The position numbers and the translations under genes were made by a program. A DNA stretch of 64,000 nucleotides from Thermodesulfovibrionales bacterium (GTDB lineage Bacteria; Nitrospirota; Thermodesulfovibrionia; Thermodesulfovibrionales; SM23-35), in contig JBAQLU010000249.1 in the NCBI GenBank assembly GCA_049302065.1, positions 18,539 to 82,538 on the forward strand, written 5' to 3'. Within the stretch, counting starts at the first letter, position 1. Each line of letters begins with the position of its first letter. The notes under the pieces were generated by a model. The model ran no database searches and was not told where the DNA came from. It saw only the letters and a program-made list of their open reading frames with translations. Positions 49,675 through 59,991 of the stretch are shown in pieces.

Positions 49675-51757
49675 AGACCTATCAGATTTTCAAATCCAAT
49701 ATATAAAAGGCGTAGGACCTCACAGGGCAAAACTTCTCAACCGGCTCGGTATTCAATCAGTTAAAGACGCTCTCTATTACCTTCCTTACAGATATGAAGA
49801 CAGAAGTAATATCAAAAAAATCAGCGACCTCACATACGGCAATCTTGAAACCGCATATGGAAAAGTAATTTCTGCTGAAGTCATCAAATTGCCGGGCAGG
49901 AACCTGAAGATATTTGAGCTCACCGTTAACGACGGCAGCGCTCTTTTAAAGGGCAAATGGTTCAATCAGCCTTTTATGAAAAAGAACTTCAAGACAGGGC
50001 AGGAAGTTTTGCTCTGCGGAACTGTCAGGAGAAATCCTTACCAGGGAATCGGACTCGAGATGGACAACCCTGAGTACGAGATCATCAGTAATGCCGGTGA
50101 TTCTTTTATTCATATGAACAGAATTGTTCCTGTATACAGGGTGACCAGTGGTCTTACCTCAAGACAGATGCGGTCAATAATGCACAACATGGTACATACC
50201 TGTATTAAGGATGTCTGCGAGACAATACCCGGAGAGATTCTGAAAAGGCACGCATTGCCGGATATCTCCGCAAGTCTTGCACAGGTCCACTTCCCTGAAA
50301 TAAATGTCGATGTCGAACTTCTCAACAGGGGAGCGACTGAATTTCATAAAAGGCTCTCGTTTGATGAGCTTTTTATGCTCGAGCTCGGCCTTGCCGCACT
50401 GAAAAAGGGAAACGTACTCGAGAAAGGAATCGCTTTTAATCCTGACAGAAGGCTTTTGAAACAACTCCTCAGCATACTTCCATTCAGATTGACCGGCGCC
50501 CAGGAGAGAGTCTTCAATGACATACTGATTGATATGAAAAGGCCCCACCCTATGAACAGGCTCATACAAGGTGATGTTGGTTGCGGGAAGACTGTTGTTG
50601 CATTGATGGCGATGATGATAGCAGCCGAATGCGGTTATCAATCAGCCCTCATGGCGCCCACAGAAATACTCGCAGAACAGCACTTCATTAATATATACAG
50701 GGTCGTAGAGGATATGGGTTTGAAAATCTGTATTTTGACAGGAAGCAAAAAAGAAAGGCCCCTCGACAGTATTGCTTCAGGAGAGATTGATCTGATTGTC
50801 GGAACCCATGCCCTGATACAGGAAGGAGTGGTATTCAAAAACCTCGGCCTTGCCATCATAGATGAACAACACCGGTTTGGTGTCATGCAGAGGGCATTGC
50901 TCAAGAAAAAGGCAATGAACCCTGATGTCCTTGTCATGACAGCAACTCCTATACCGAGGACACTTGCACTTACACTTTATGGTGACCTCGATTACTCTGT
51001 TATCGACGAACTGCCTCCTGACAGAAGACCTGTGACTACTCTTTTGTTTCATGAAAAACAGAAGGAATCTATCTACCGTCTTATCAGAGAAGAAGTACAA
51101 AAGGGAAGACAGGTTTATGTGGTTTATCCGGTCATCGAGGAATCTGAAAAGACTGATCTAAGGTCAGCAACAACAGGCAAGAGCGCCCTGGAAAAACTGT
51201 TTCCTGAATTCAGGATAGGTCTCATTCACGGCAGAATGAAGCCACAGGAAAGAGAAAATATCATGGCATCTTTTAAACAGGGAGAGATGGATATACTTGT
51301 AAGTACGACGGTAATTGAGGTCGGCGTAGACGTGCCAAATGCCACACTTATGATTATAATACATGCAGAGAGGTTTGGCCTCTCACAGCTTCATCAGCTG
51401 AGGGGAAGGATTGGCAGGGGAGCATATCAATCATATTGTATATTGCTGGCATATGAACACTACGGAGATGAAGCGCGCAGAAGACTTGATATAATGGCAA
51501 AGAGCAATGACGGTTTCAGGATAGCCGAAGAAGACCTGAATATCAGGGGGCCCGGAGAATTCTTCGGAACCCGTCAATCCGGCATTCCGGACCTGAGAAT
51601 TGCAAATATTGTCAGAGATGCTATACTCCTGAATGAAGCAAGGAAAGAGGCCTTTACCTTAATTGACAAAGACCCGGACCTTAAGGGATATCCCCTCCTG
51701 AGGGAATCTCTCGAGAATTTCTGGGCAGGAAAGATCGAACTCTTCAAGACCGGTTGA
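49667..51757 (+). CDS. recG: ATP-dependent DNA helicase RecG
   Basis: 696-aa ORF with an N-terminal wedge domain. Helicase motifs are GDVGCGKT, DEQHRFG, MTATPIPRT and LHQLRGRIGRG. Confidence 0.92.
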   Translation: MAKDLSDFQIQYIKGVGPHRAKLLNRLGIQSVKDALYYLPYRYEDRSNIKKISDLTYGNLETAYGKVISAEVIKLPGRNLKIFELTVNDGSALLKGKWFNQPFMKKNFKTGQEVLLCGTVRRNPYQGIGLEMDNPEYEIISNAGDSFIHMNRIVPVYRVTSGLTSRQMRSIMHNMVHTCIKDVCETIPGEILKRHALPDISASLAQVHFPEINVDVELLNRGATEFHKRLSFDELFMLELGLAALKKGNVLEKGIAFNPDRRLLKQLLSILPFRLTGAQERVFNDILIDMKRPHPMNRLIQGDVGCGKTVVALMAMMIAAECGYQSALMAPTEILAEQHFINIYRVVEDMGLKICILTGSKKERPLDSIASGEIDLIVGTHALIQEGVVFKNLGLAIIDEQHRFGVMQRALLKKKAMNPDVLVMTATPIPRTLALTLYGDLDYSVIDELPPDRRPVTTLLFHEKQKESIYRLIREEVQKGRQVYVVYPVIEESEKTDLRSATTGKSALEKLFPEFRIGLIHGRMKPQERENIMASFKQGEMDILVSTTVIEVGVDVPNATLMIIIHAERFGLSQLHQLRGRIGRGAYQSYCILLAYEHYGDEARRRLDIMAKSNDGFRIAEEDLNIRGPGEFFGTRQSGIPDLRIANIVRDAILLNEARKEAFTLIDKDPDLKGYPLLRESLENFWAGKIELFKTG

Positions 51758-52074
51758 AGGAGACCATGATAAAGAGACTAAAAACTAATTTCGACACCGG
51801 AGTAGAAAAGATAAAGTGGTTTTCATCGATACTCTCGGACAGACTGAAGATAGAGTTTTCCTTAATAAAACTGCTCTATCAGTCAGATCAGCTTGAGAAA
51901 AAAAGAGATGAACTGATGAAAAACATAGGCCGTCGGGTTTATGAGCTGAAAGAAACATCTGATAGGTCCATACTTAAAGACAGAGTCATCATGGATGCCC
52001 TGAATGAGATCGCAAAGATCGACAGTGATATAGAATCGACCAAAAAGAAGGCCTCAGAAATAAGCAGCACGTAA
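51754..52074 (+). CDS. Hypothetical coiled-coil protein
   Basis: 106-aa ORF whose start overlaps the recG stop. I recognise no motif. Confidence 0.45.
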   Translation: MKETMIKRLKTNFDTGVEKIKWFSSILSDRLKIEFSLIKLLYQSDQLEKKRDELMKNIGRRVYELKETSDRSILKDRVIMDALNEIAKIDSDIESTKKKASEISST

Positions 52075-52087
52075 GCTATTCTGAATA

Positions 52088-52864
52088 ATGCAGAATATAA
52101 TTCCATATATAATATTTTTTATATTTGGTTCTGCTATTGGTTCATTTCTGAATGTATGCATTTACAGACTGCCCAGAAATCTCTCAATAATCTCACCGTC
52201 TTCACGGTGTCCTTCATGCAATATCCCAATAAAACCCTATGATAATATCCCAATGCTAAGCTATATCTTTCTTGGCGGCAGATGCAGGGTATGCAAGGCC
52301 GGGATATCACTCAGATATCCACTGGTCGAGACTCTGAATGCATTGCTTTATGTATTCGTCTTATGGAGGTTCGGTTTCGGGTTGCAGACTATCGTCTATT
52401 CCATGTTTTGTTCTGGGCTTATTGTAATAACCTTCATTGATCTGGACTTTCAGATAATCCCTGACAGAATTACCCTTCCGGGGATATTGATAGGACTTAT
52501 TACAGGATCATTCCTGATGCCTGACCCGTTTATGAGGTATTCTCTCCTTGGAATAAAGGCATCTATCATCGGGTTATTGGCCGGCGGAGGACTCTTCTAT
52601 GCTATAGCTGTTCTCAGCAGGGGTGGAATGGGCGGCGGGGACATAAAGATGATGGCAATGGTCGGCTCCTTAATGGGATGGAAATCTGTACTTCTGACAA
52701 CATTTCTCGGCAGTCTGTCCGGGGCTGTCCTGGGAATATTCCTCATGATTGCTAAGGGCAAAGGCCGGAAGACCAAGGTTCCATTCGGACCATTTCTTGC
52801 CCTCGGCACACTGATTACGCTCTTTTACGGTCAGGAAATACTTTACTGGTATTTTAACAGATGA
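52088..52864 (+). CDS. pilD: Prepilin peptidase / N-methyltransferase (peptidase A24)
   Basis: 258-aa polytopic ORF with the N-terminal CPSC...C..C zinc motif (SSRCPSCNIPI...GGRCRVC) and the catalytic-Asp regions FIDLDFQIIPD and GGGDIKMMAMVG. Confidence 0.88.
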   Translation: MQNIIPYIIFFIFGSAIGSFLNVCIYRLPRNLSIISPSSRCPSCNIPIKPYDNIPMLSYIFLGGRCRVCKAGISLRYPLVETLNALLYVFVLWRFGFGLQTIVYSMFCSGLIVITFIDLDFQIIPDRITLPGILIGLITGSFLMPDPFMRYSLLGIKASIIGLLAGGGLFYAIAVLSRGGMGGGDIKMMAMVGSLMGWKSVLLTTFLGSLSGAVLGIFLMIAKGKGRKTKVPFGPFLALGTLITLFYGQEILYWYFNR

Positions 52865-54114
52865 ATAATTCGTTGGATACCGGAATAATATTTTTCTATT
52901 CGATCCTGTTCCTTATTGTACTCATCATTCTTTTATATCTCATCAGGCTGTTCATCGGCTTTTACCGGACAAGTAAAAATCTGAAACAAAAGGACGCATC
53001 TCAGGTCGGTTTTGTAGTTGATACATTTCATGAACTGGTATCGCAACTAAAAGAAAAAGAGAAAGAACTTGAGATCCTGGGAAAAAAGGCAGAAGACAGA
53101 GCGATAGCAATCGAAGGGTATAATGAAAATATCCTGCAGAGTGTTCCAAGCGGGGTGATCAGCTTTGACCAGGAGATGAGAATAACAAAAATCAATCTCG
53201 CTGCTGAAAAGATACTGGAGGTAAGAGGAGAGAATATTATCGGTGAATATCATACAGATGTATTGAACAAACCGATAATTGATTTTTTAAACGACAGGAA
53301 GATAATTGAAAGAGGTGAGATAGCGTATACAACCCCGTCAGGGAAGAGGATATGGTTAGGTCTCACACTCTCCCCTTTAAAAGACAGGGAGGGCATGATA
53401 ATCGGCCAGATACTCGTTTTTACAGACCTTACCCATCTCAAGGCTGTCGAGTCACAGATAAAGCTCAGAGACAAACTTTCGAGCCTCGGTGAGATATCAG
53501 CAGGGATCGCACATGAGCTCAGAAACCCTATGGGTGTTATTGCAGGGTACACAAAACTACTCTCAAAAAAGGCTGATAACTCTCTCAAACCTACTGTAGA
53601 AGCCATATCAAAGGAAATCGTTGTCATGGACAGGATTATCTCTGATTTCCTCTCTTTCGCAAAACCTGCTGAACTAAATATAGCCAGAAGCAATCTTAAG
53701 GCAATCATAGAAAACTGTGTTGCATCAGTCGCGGTGAAAAGAACAGATATTAGTCTTAATATCGATATAAATGCCCTGCCTGCCCTCAAAGGGGATGAAG
53801 TGCTTTTAAGGCAGGCTTTTATAAACCTTATACAGAATGCTGTCGATGCAATGCCTCAGGGAGGTAATCTGAAGATTAAGGCTTTGCCTTCAACAGGGGA
53901 TTTTATGGATATACTGATATCTGATACAGGTCATGGTATTTCAGAAAATATAAAAGATAAGATCTTTCTTCCATTTTTTACTACCAAAGAACAGGGAACA
54001 GGCCTCGGCCTTGCAATAGTCCACAAGATAGTTATATCTCACGGAGGGAGTATTTCTGTTGACAGCAGTGAGAAAGGAACAACATTCAGCATACGTCTGC
54101 CGTTGAGTAATTAA
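52861..54114 (+). CDS. PAS-domain sensor histidine kinase
   Basis: 417-aa ORF with an N-terminal TM helix, a PAS region, the H-box [11 protein letters not shown], the N-box LIQNAVDAM and the G-boxes DTGHGI and GTGLGLAIV. Confidence 0.88.
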   Translation: MNNSLDTGIIFFYSILFLIVLIILLYLIRLFIGFYRTSKNLKQKDASQVGFVVDTFHELVSQLKEKEKELEILGKKAEDRAIAIEGYNENILQSVPSGVISFDQEMRITKINLAAEKILEVRGENIIGEYHTDVLNKPIIDFLNDRKIIERGEIAYTTPSGKRIWLGLTLSPLKDREGMIIGQILVFTDLTHLKAVESQIKLRDKLSSLGEISAGIAHELRNPMGVIAGYTKLLSKKADNSLKPTVEAISKEIVVMDRIISDFLSFAKPAELNIARSNLKAIIENCVASVAVKRTDISLNIDINALPALKGDEVLLRQAFINLIQNAVDAMPQGGNLKIKALPSTGDFMDILISDTGHGISENIKDKIFLPFFTTKEQGTGLGLAIVHKIVISHGGSISVDSSEKGTTFSIRLPLSN

Positions 54115-54115
54115 A

Positions 54116-55441
54116 CTATTTCTTATCCACCGCAAATCCAACCTTCTGAGCACCTATTTTATCCAGAGGCTTGCAGCTGTTTTTAATCTGATCTTTTAGT
54201 CTTTCCAGTGCATGGAACAAATCATCTTCAGAAGGGACAGAAGATTTCTCATTCAGAGCAATCATAGCCGAATATATGTAAAGCTCTTTTAAATACGCCA
54301 TGGTAAAATCAGCAGTTACAGAAGCGATATCTTTTAGGGTATTTTCAGCAAACAAATTTCCCATGTATTTCTTCAACATGAGCAGCCTGCAGTTATAATC
54401 CGGATTCGGTATCCTGAAAACCCTGTCGAACCTGCTCGGCCTGTTGCATAACGCTGGATCGATCTTCTCAGGCTTGTTTGTCGTCGCAAGAATCAGAATG
54501 CCTTCCAATGGTTCAAATCCATCCAGTTTATTGAGGAAATTGCTGAGAGTCTGACGGGAATTGCCTATTGAATCCATATCCTCAAAACAGATAATAGCCG
54601 GCGAGAGTTCCTCTGCTTTTTCAAAAGCCCGCTCAATATCATAATCCATTGATTCATCATCAAAGTTGAATAAAATAAAGGGAAGGCAACTCTCTTTTGC
54701 AATAATCTTGCACAGCATGGTTTTACCATTGCCCGGCATCCCAGTGAAAATCAGCCCTCTTTTGTAGGGGATGCCCATTTTTTGATAGATTTGCCTTCCT
54801 TTAAGAAAATTTTCTGCACACAAACGTATGTCATTTTTCAGGGCATCAGGTAATATAATATCGTCCCAGCATATATTTTCCTTGATCATTTCCTTTTTAC
54901 CCTGGAAAATGATTTTATTTCCGTTACGCTTGGCTTTCCTGTAATACCCTTTCATCCCCGTAAGAATATTTTGAAGAGACTCAGCTTTTTTGTATGCAAC
55001 AAAAACGAGCGTTTCCTTATGGAAATCGCCTGATTCACAAAAATAGAAAAAGAGTTCGTTATCCGAGAGAGGGAAAAGACAATAAAAACCATAACTCTGC
55101 TCTTTCTTCAATTCAGCATCCTTGTTGATACTAAGTGAGCAGCGGAGCGGTATCTCTCTCCGGTTAGGGATATCAAACCCTTTGGCAATAAAATGCATAT
55201 CGTTATCCTGAAGAAAATCTTCAAAACAATCGATATGAACATGTTTTGTGTTGAGAGTCGCTAAAGAATAATCTCTTATATCCCTGACGAAAATCTTCTC
55301 GATTCCCTGAATAAAATAGCTGAACATAACTTCGTTTGTTTCACCAAGAAAATTGTCAAAAATAAGTTTGTTAGAAATGCACATGCTGAATCTGCTCCTC
55401 CATCCTGTTAGTCCCCATACCCGCCCTCGCCAAACTGTCAT
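54116..55441 (-). CDS. AAA+ ATPase with an unrecognised N-terminal domain
   Basis: Walker A is GMPGNGKT, Walker B is AIICFEDMD, and sensor/second-region motifs include LATTNKPEKIDPALCNRPSRFDR. An alternative start at 55384 (MCISNK...) is possible. Confidence 0.8.
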   Translation of the reverse strand: MTVWRGRVWGLTGWRSRFSMCISNKLIFDNFLGETNEVMFSYFIQGIEKIFVRDIRDYSLATLNTKHVHIDCFEDFLQDNDMHFIAKGFDIPNRREIPLRCSLSINKDAELKKEQSYGFYCLFPLSDNELFFYFCESGDFHKETLVFVAYKKAESLQNILTGMKGYYRKAKRNGNKIIFQGKKEMIKENICWDDIILPDALKNDIRLCAENFLKGRQIYQKMGIPYKRGLIFTGMPGNGKTMLCKIIAKESCLPFILFNFDDESMDYDIERAFEKAEELSPAIICFEDMDSIGNSRQTLSNFLNKLDGFEPLEGILILATTNKPEKIDPALCNRPSRFDRVFRIPNPDYNCRLLMLKKYMGNLFAENTLKDIASVTADFTMAYLKELYIYSAMIALNEKSSVPSEDDLFHALERLKDQIKNSCKPLDKIGAQKVGFAVDKK

Positions 55442-55619
55442 ATCTGAATGCTGGTGGTAACAGTAACATTAAACCGGTTTTTCACCTGCTCTTGTAACAG
55501 TAAACTGTCACAGTAAAAGGAGTTGAACCTTGCTCCGATTATCAGTCGGGTCCCTAATGTAGTTTCAAGCTACTTGGGATGCATTCCACAATATAACAGC
55601 AAGCTACCTACTATCATTA

Positions 55620-56081
55620 TCACTTAAATTCTACTTCAATACCCCAGTTTCCTGCCTGAATTTTATTATCGATTTCTCTCCCTTTTTTAGAATAAGTATC
55701 AGCCTCTTTCCTCAATTCTTTTATGTTCACTGCGGCAATAAAACGGATTTCATTTCTTGAGAACCTTGCTTCCTTAGGTGTAGCATCTTCTGCCAGCCCA
55801 TGAAGTGCCGCAGCAACAGCGATATTTTTGTCCCGCTCTGCTATCATTTCCATAAGGCTCTTCCCTTCAATCAGGACATCAACATTTGTGCGGTTTATTT
55901 TGACGATTAGTTTTCTAAGCTTTTCAAATAACTGGATCAATGACTGTTTTAGTTCTTCCGGTGATTCTGCGGGGTCTTTATCGCCTTCCTGAACTTTGGC
56001 TGACAGCTCCAACCTTTGTTTCGTCTTTTTAATTTCCTCCTTTACTGCTTTTCTCTCGTTCAACAGTTCAGCAAGTTTCAT
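55620..56081 (-). CDS. DIP1984-family-like small helical protein
   Basis: 153-aa ORF. The sequence MKLAELLNERKAVKEEIKKTKQRL...IAERDKNI... resembles the DIP1984/septicolysin-like family as I remember it. This is an assignment from memory only. Confidence 0.5.
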   Translation of the reverse strand: MKLAELLNERKAVKEEIKKTKQRLELSAKVQEGDKDPAESPEELKQSLIQLFEKLRKLIVKINRTNVDVLIEGKSLMEMIAERDKNIAVAAALHGLAEDATPKEARFSRNEIRFIAAVNIKELRKEADTYSKKGREIDNKIQAGNWGIEVEFK

Positions 56082-56176
56082 AGCTGTTATACCTCCTCGA
56101 ATGAAATTAGGATTTAATTATACATCTATGTATTTTATATGTCAAGTATATTATTCATGTATGATATTGATTAAGT

Positions 56177-56821
56177 ATGCTTTTACATGTGAATCTATTG
56201 GCAATAGTGAATATCGGGAAGCGTCTGAAAGAATTACGAACAAAACATGGCCTCTCACAGCTTGAGCTATGCCAGAGAAGCGGGATCTCTCAGGCAAGTA
56301 TTGCCCGTATAGAGGCAAACAAGCAAAAGAATCTGAAATCAGAAACTATTCAAAAATTGGCGGAAGCCCTTGATATTCCTCTTTTGGGGTTCCTCGAAAA
56401 GCCCCAATATATTAAAGAAGAAACTCCGCCTTACGGTGCAATCAGAATGCTGCCTGTTATCAGCCTTCAAGACCTCCTTTCAAATAAAATCCCTTCTCTT
56501 TTAAAGGAAATCGCAATCACATTTGAACCTGTTTTAACTCATGCTGAGAATGCTTTTTTCCTGAAGGGAACTGTTCCCCTTGTATGTTCCCCCTATATCA
56601 ATGAGGGGGATTTGCTTCTTGTCGAGCCGCATGCTCAAATACAGGACAGCGATCTTGTTCTCGTCCTTTCTTATAATGAAGTTTTTATTGGTAAAATATT
56701 TTTCGACCTCCCGTTATATATCCTTCAGCCTCTTAACCAATTGCAAAAACCTGTTGTGTTCACCAGAAAAAAACGTTATGTAAAAATAATGCGAATCGGA
56801 GAAATGAGGAAAAAGTTTTAA
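56177..56821 (+). CDS. XRE-family HTH regulator with a C-terminal S24/LexA-like peptidase-fold domain (CI-type repressor architecture)
   Basis: The HTH is IGKRLKELRTKHGLSQLELCQRSGISQASIARIE. The C-terminal GDLLLVEPHAQIQDSDLVLV...FIGKI resembles an S24 domain. The start codon is uncertain. Confidence 0.7.
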   Translation: MLLHVNLLAIVNIGKRLKELRTKHGLSQLELCQRSGISQASIARIEANKQKNLKSETIQKLAEALDIPLLGFLEKPQYIKEETPPYGAIRMLPVISLQDLLSNKIPSLLKEIAITFEPVLTHAENAFFLKGTVPLVCSPYINEGDLLLVEPHAQIQDSDLVLVLSYNEVFIGKIFFDLPLYILQPLNQLQKPVVFTRKKRYVKIMRIGEMRKKF

Positions 56822-56905
56822 TACTCTTCTTGCAAACGGTCGGCTATTCAGATGGACATTGGGAATCAGCAAATGCTGAAAGGGGATCAGGCGATTTCGC
56901 TGAGG

Positions 56906-57673
56906 TCAACCAACTATCTTCAGCATCTTTCTAAAAAGCACGTCAAAAGATTCCAGCGCCTCTTTTGCGGTCTTTTTAAATGAGCAGAGAGACAATTCTG
57001 ACAACTGGCTCATCAAATAGTCTTCGAAAATGGCCGATCTGTCTATTTCCGCCAATTCTATACCATCCTTCTTCATCCTTATGATTCTATCAACATATCT
57101 GCGTATTTCGTCTCCTGTGTCAGGCAGAAATACAAGCAATAAGTCATCGATAAGTATCGGAGGCTGACTATCAAACATCCTTATCCATTTACAGCAGAGC
57201 ATTGGTCTCAGGGCATAAAGATATGATTTTATTCCTGGCGTCTCAGTATCCTGGACCTTGGATAGGTTGTTCCTTGACATTGACAAGTAATGGTGGAAAG
57301 AGGATTCAGGAAGAAATGCCTTTTTTAACAGTACAAGTAAAGGGTTGACAGCGGCCTCTATAAAACGGTATTTAATCGGCGACACCAGCCATTCCATTAA
57401 GGGGGAGTTTGATCTCCTGAGAAGCTGCAATGCCTTACGGATGTCCCAGCCGTTAATATCAAGAAGTTTGTCTACAGGCATTTCGATCACATCCCTTTTA
57501 TCAGCTATGGATAGATACCAGTCGCTGGGATGTACATAAATGAATCTAACATCAAAATCACTGTCTTGAGACGCAAACCCCCATGCCCTGCTTCCCGATT
57601 CACAGGCGTAGATTATCCTGACATTGTGCTCATCTTCAATCTGAAGAAGCGCCTCAGATATTCTTTTTTCCAT
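56906..57673 (-). CDS. Pol-beta-superfamily nucleotidyltransferase (PF10127-type)
   Basis: It has the motif IIYACESGSRAWGFASQDSDFDVRFIYV. I prefer the ATG at 57673 (MEKRISE...), a 20-nt overlap with the upstream gene, to the track start at 57775. Confidence 0.75.
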   Translation of the reverse strand: MEKRISEALLQIEDEHNVRIIYACESGSRAWGFASQDSDFDVRFIYVHPSDWYLSIADKRDVIEMPVDKLLDINGWDIRKALQLLRRSNSPLMEWLVSPIKYRFIEAAVNPLLVLLKKAFLPESSFHHYLSMSRNNLSKVQDTETPGIKSYLYALRPMLCCKWIRMFDSQPPILIDDLLLVFLPDTGDEIRRYVDRIIRMKKDGIELAEIDRSAIFEDYLMSQLSELSLCSFKKTAKEALESFDVLFRKMLKIVG

Positions 57674-58706
57674 ATTTTCCAAACAACTCCCGTTCAAGAG
57701 TATCACAGATGAACCTTTCCCAATAGGCTGTATCAACTTTTTCAGGCAAATTGCTGCCAGATGCCAATTCTTCAACCTCGGTCATAAGCCCTTCAAGGAC
57801 AGGCGCTACCTCATTTAAATAATCAAGTTTTCCTTCTTTCACCTTTACCAGAAAAGCTGCTTCTTTTAAAGGAAACGTGATTGTACGTTGGGTAAATATT
57901 TCTTTCACCTGAAAGGCTGCCCTAAGGGCATGAGATATGGCTTTCCAGTCGATATTTTTGTTTTCAGCCGCTTGTTTTGCCCTGGCTCCGTAATCATCAT
58001 AGAACTTCTCTAAAATTGGAATCACATAGCCTATTTCGGCAGACTCTTGAAAATGCTTTCCGCATACCTGATACTGCCGCATGCCGTTTGGATCGGTTTC
58101 GGCCACATAACAATGTTCCATTTGCGGCAGTTTATCCCACACAGAGCGAAGCTTCTGTGTGATAACCGCTGATTTCAGGACATTCAATACATCTGATACG
58201 GCATTCAGACGGGACCCCTTAATGCCGTATTTACTTGCCTGACGCCTCGCATAATTTATAAACGATTTCAGGTTCTTTGTATAAAATCTGTCCCGTTCGC
58301 CGACTATTGTTCTCCATATTTCTGAACTTACTTCAATGACCGAATCAGGTGCGTGGAGCATATCAAGAGCCACTGTCTGCCCCTCGCACGCAAGGTTGAT
58401 GAAATAATGCAATGAATAAATCTCCACATCAATATCATGGGGCGTGTTCTTTGCTTTGCAATTGCTGGAAGAATAATTATGGCATTTCGGGATTCTTCCC
58501 AATAGCACCTCATTCTTTGAAGGCAAAAAAACTCCCTTATAGTCAACATCGGATTTCGATGTGCTCGTTCCATAAAGATAAGAACCGAATTTCATTTTTA
58601 CGATAAGGTCCATGCCTAATCTGTCCTCGCTGAAAAAATGGTATTTCAATAATATAACATTAGCTCTCGTGAATGAAAATTCACCGGTGCAATTTGGCGG
58701 GTGCAT
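57654..58706 (-). CDS. Pol-beta-superfamily nucleotidyltransferase (PF10127-type), second tandem copy
   Basis: It has the motif MKFGSYLYGTSTSKSDVDYKGVFLP. The true start is possibly at 58613 (MDLIVKMKFGS...). Confidence 0.7.
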   Translation of the reverse strand: MHPPNCTGEFSFTRANVILLKYHFFSEDRLGMDLIVKMKFGSYLYGTSTSKSDVDYKGVFLPSKNEVLLGRIPKCHNYSSSNCKAKNTPHDIDVEIYSLHYFINLACEGQTVALDMLHAPDSVIEVSSEIWRTIVGERDRFYTKNLKSFINYARRQASKYGIKGSRLNAVSDVLNVLKSAVITQKLRSVWDKLPQMEHCYVAETDPNGMRQYQVCGKHFQESAEIGYVIPILEKFYDDYGARAKQAAENKNIDWKAISHALRAAFQVKEIFTQRTITFPLKEAAFLVKVKEGKLDYLNEVAPVLEGLMTEVEELASGSNLPEKVDTAYWERFICDTLERELFGKYGKKNI

Positions 58707-59082
58707 AGAACATGCGTAAACTGTCTCCAGTTGCGTGCTGTTACAATATTGTAACTCGCCTTCCTAACTATCTTCTCATCATTAACCCAAGGTAATCCCG
58801 AAAGCTTTCGTGCCTGCAACTACCAATTTTCAACCCTCCTGAATGGTTGCAAACGGAAAATTAGTAGTATTGTATTCCTATTAATTTTCTTTTACGATAG
58901 TAACGTATTACTAACAGGAGGATAATATGCTGGAAGAATTAGTCCGTCCCAGCCATAATCTTATCAAAATAAACATCAGGGATTAAATAAGGTATTTTCT
59001 GAAATCGCATCCCTTGAGAAACCGCTTTTCTATTGTTGTTGGCAGCAGAGCATCGAGGAATTTCTTGATTAAAATGTGCATT

Positions 59083-59369
59083 TCAGATAAGGGTATATTG
59101 CTTTGGCCTATTTGCTATATACCGCCTTTTAGCTTCTTCAATATCATATAGTGATTGCAGATTCATCCAGAACTCGGGTCCAGTATTAGGAAGCACCCGA
59201 TCTTGATGGCAGCTTCAGCTGTGACACCACAGCTCCCCCTGATGATATGACCGATCCGCGTCGGCGATAGGCCCGTTTCCTTGGCAATCCGGTACTCAGA
59301 TATCCCCATCGATACCAGGAACTCTTCCTGCAAAACCTCTCACGGGTGAATGTTCTTTAACTGTCTCAT
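59083..59369 (-). pseudogene. higA: HigA-type antitoxin (XRE HTH) pseudogene
   Basis: Hand translation gives MRQLKNIHP*EVLQEEFLVSMGISEYRIAKETGLSPTRIGHIIRG...AAIKIG. After a frameshift it continues NTGPEFWMNLQSLYDIEEAKRRY. There is an in-frame TGA where Gly is expected (IHPGE) and one frameshift. Confidence 0.7.
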
Positions 59370-59382
59370 TTTTGCGCTTCTC

Positions 59383-59535
59383 TTAATGATAATCGGCTAT
59401 CTCACTGTTATAGGCGCTTCCATGTTGCCATTCAAAGCAAATACGCCGCTGGTCGTTCATGCGAATGCTCCTCTGCTGCTCTTTCCTATCTCCCTTTAAA
59501 GCTTCGAGCCTGTTGGATTGTGCTGATTTTGATCG
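59383..59535 (-). pseudogene. higB: HigB/RelE-type toxin remnant (N-terminally truncated)
   Basis: Hand translation gives ...SAQSNRLEALKGDRKEQQRSIRMNDQRRICFEWQHGSAYNSEIADYH*. This matches the C-terminal consensus of HigB 'killer' proteins. A stop codon lies immediately upstream and no N-terminus is present. Confidence 0.65.
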
Positions 59536-59613
59536 CTACTCTGCTTTATGGTTTTTAGTATCTTATATTGATATTTTTTTGCGGTTCGGAATATCAAAGC
59601 TGAGGGGACATCT

Positions 59614-59991
59614 TTATTTTTTCTTGAGGGAATCGATTATCTTGGCGATATACGATTTCTTCTTGGCCTCATAGTCCTTATTATAATCGATAATCTCTAT
59701 GGGGCCGTCGGGAATCTCTTCGCCTGCTTTAAGACTGGAAATCATTTCCCGGTTGACAATGGCAGGCTCATAACGAGGGTTTATCTCAAGCGCCATGTCG
59801 AGTGCGGCTATTGCCTCTCCTTTTTCCCCTAATTTGGCGTAACAGAGACCCATATTGCCGCAAGACTGGTAGTGCCCTTTTACAATATTCAGGCAATCTT
59901 TAAAGCACGATATCGCCTCTTTCCACTTTTCTGATTCCATATAGTCGCAGGCCTTCCCGAAAATATCCATCCCTTTTAGATATGCATCCAA
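59614..59991 (-). CDS. TPR-repeat protein (possibly the C-terminal half of a frameshifted gene)
   Basis: 125-aa ORF with a non-ATG (TTG) start. TPR-like helices include WKEAISCFKDCLNI, GNMGLCYAKLGEKGEAIAALDMALEINP. Confidence 0.5.
   Translation of the reverse strand: MDAYLKGMDIFGKACDYMESEKWKEAISCFKDCLNIVKGHYQSCGNMGLCYAKLGEKGEAIAALDMALEINPRYEPAIVNREMISSLKAGEEIPDGPIEIIDYNKDYEAKKKSYIAKIIDSLKKK

Noticed and set aside
59341-59345. The in-frame TGA in the HigA-like gene might encode selenocysteine or be a recoding site.
   Set aside because: The position corresponds to a conserved Gly (IHPGE), and a Sec there has no functional rationale. The same gene also has a frameshift and its partner toxin is truncated. 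A pseudogene is the simpler reading.
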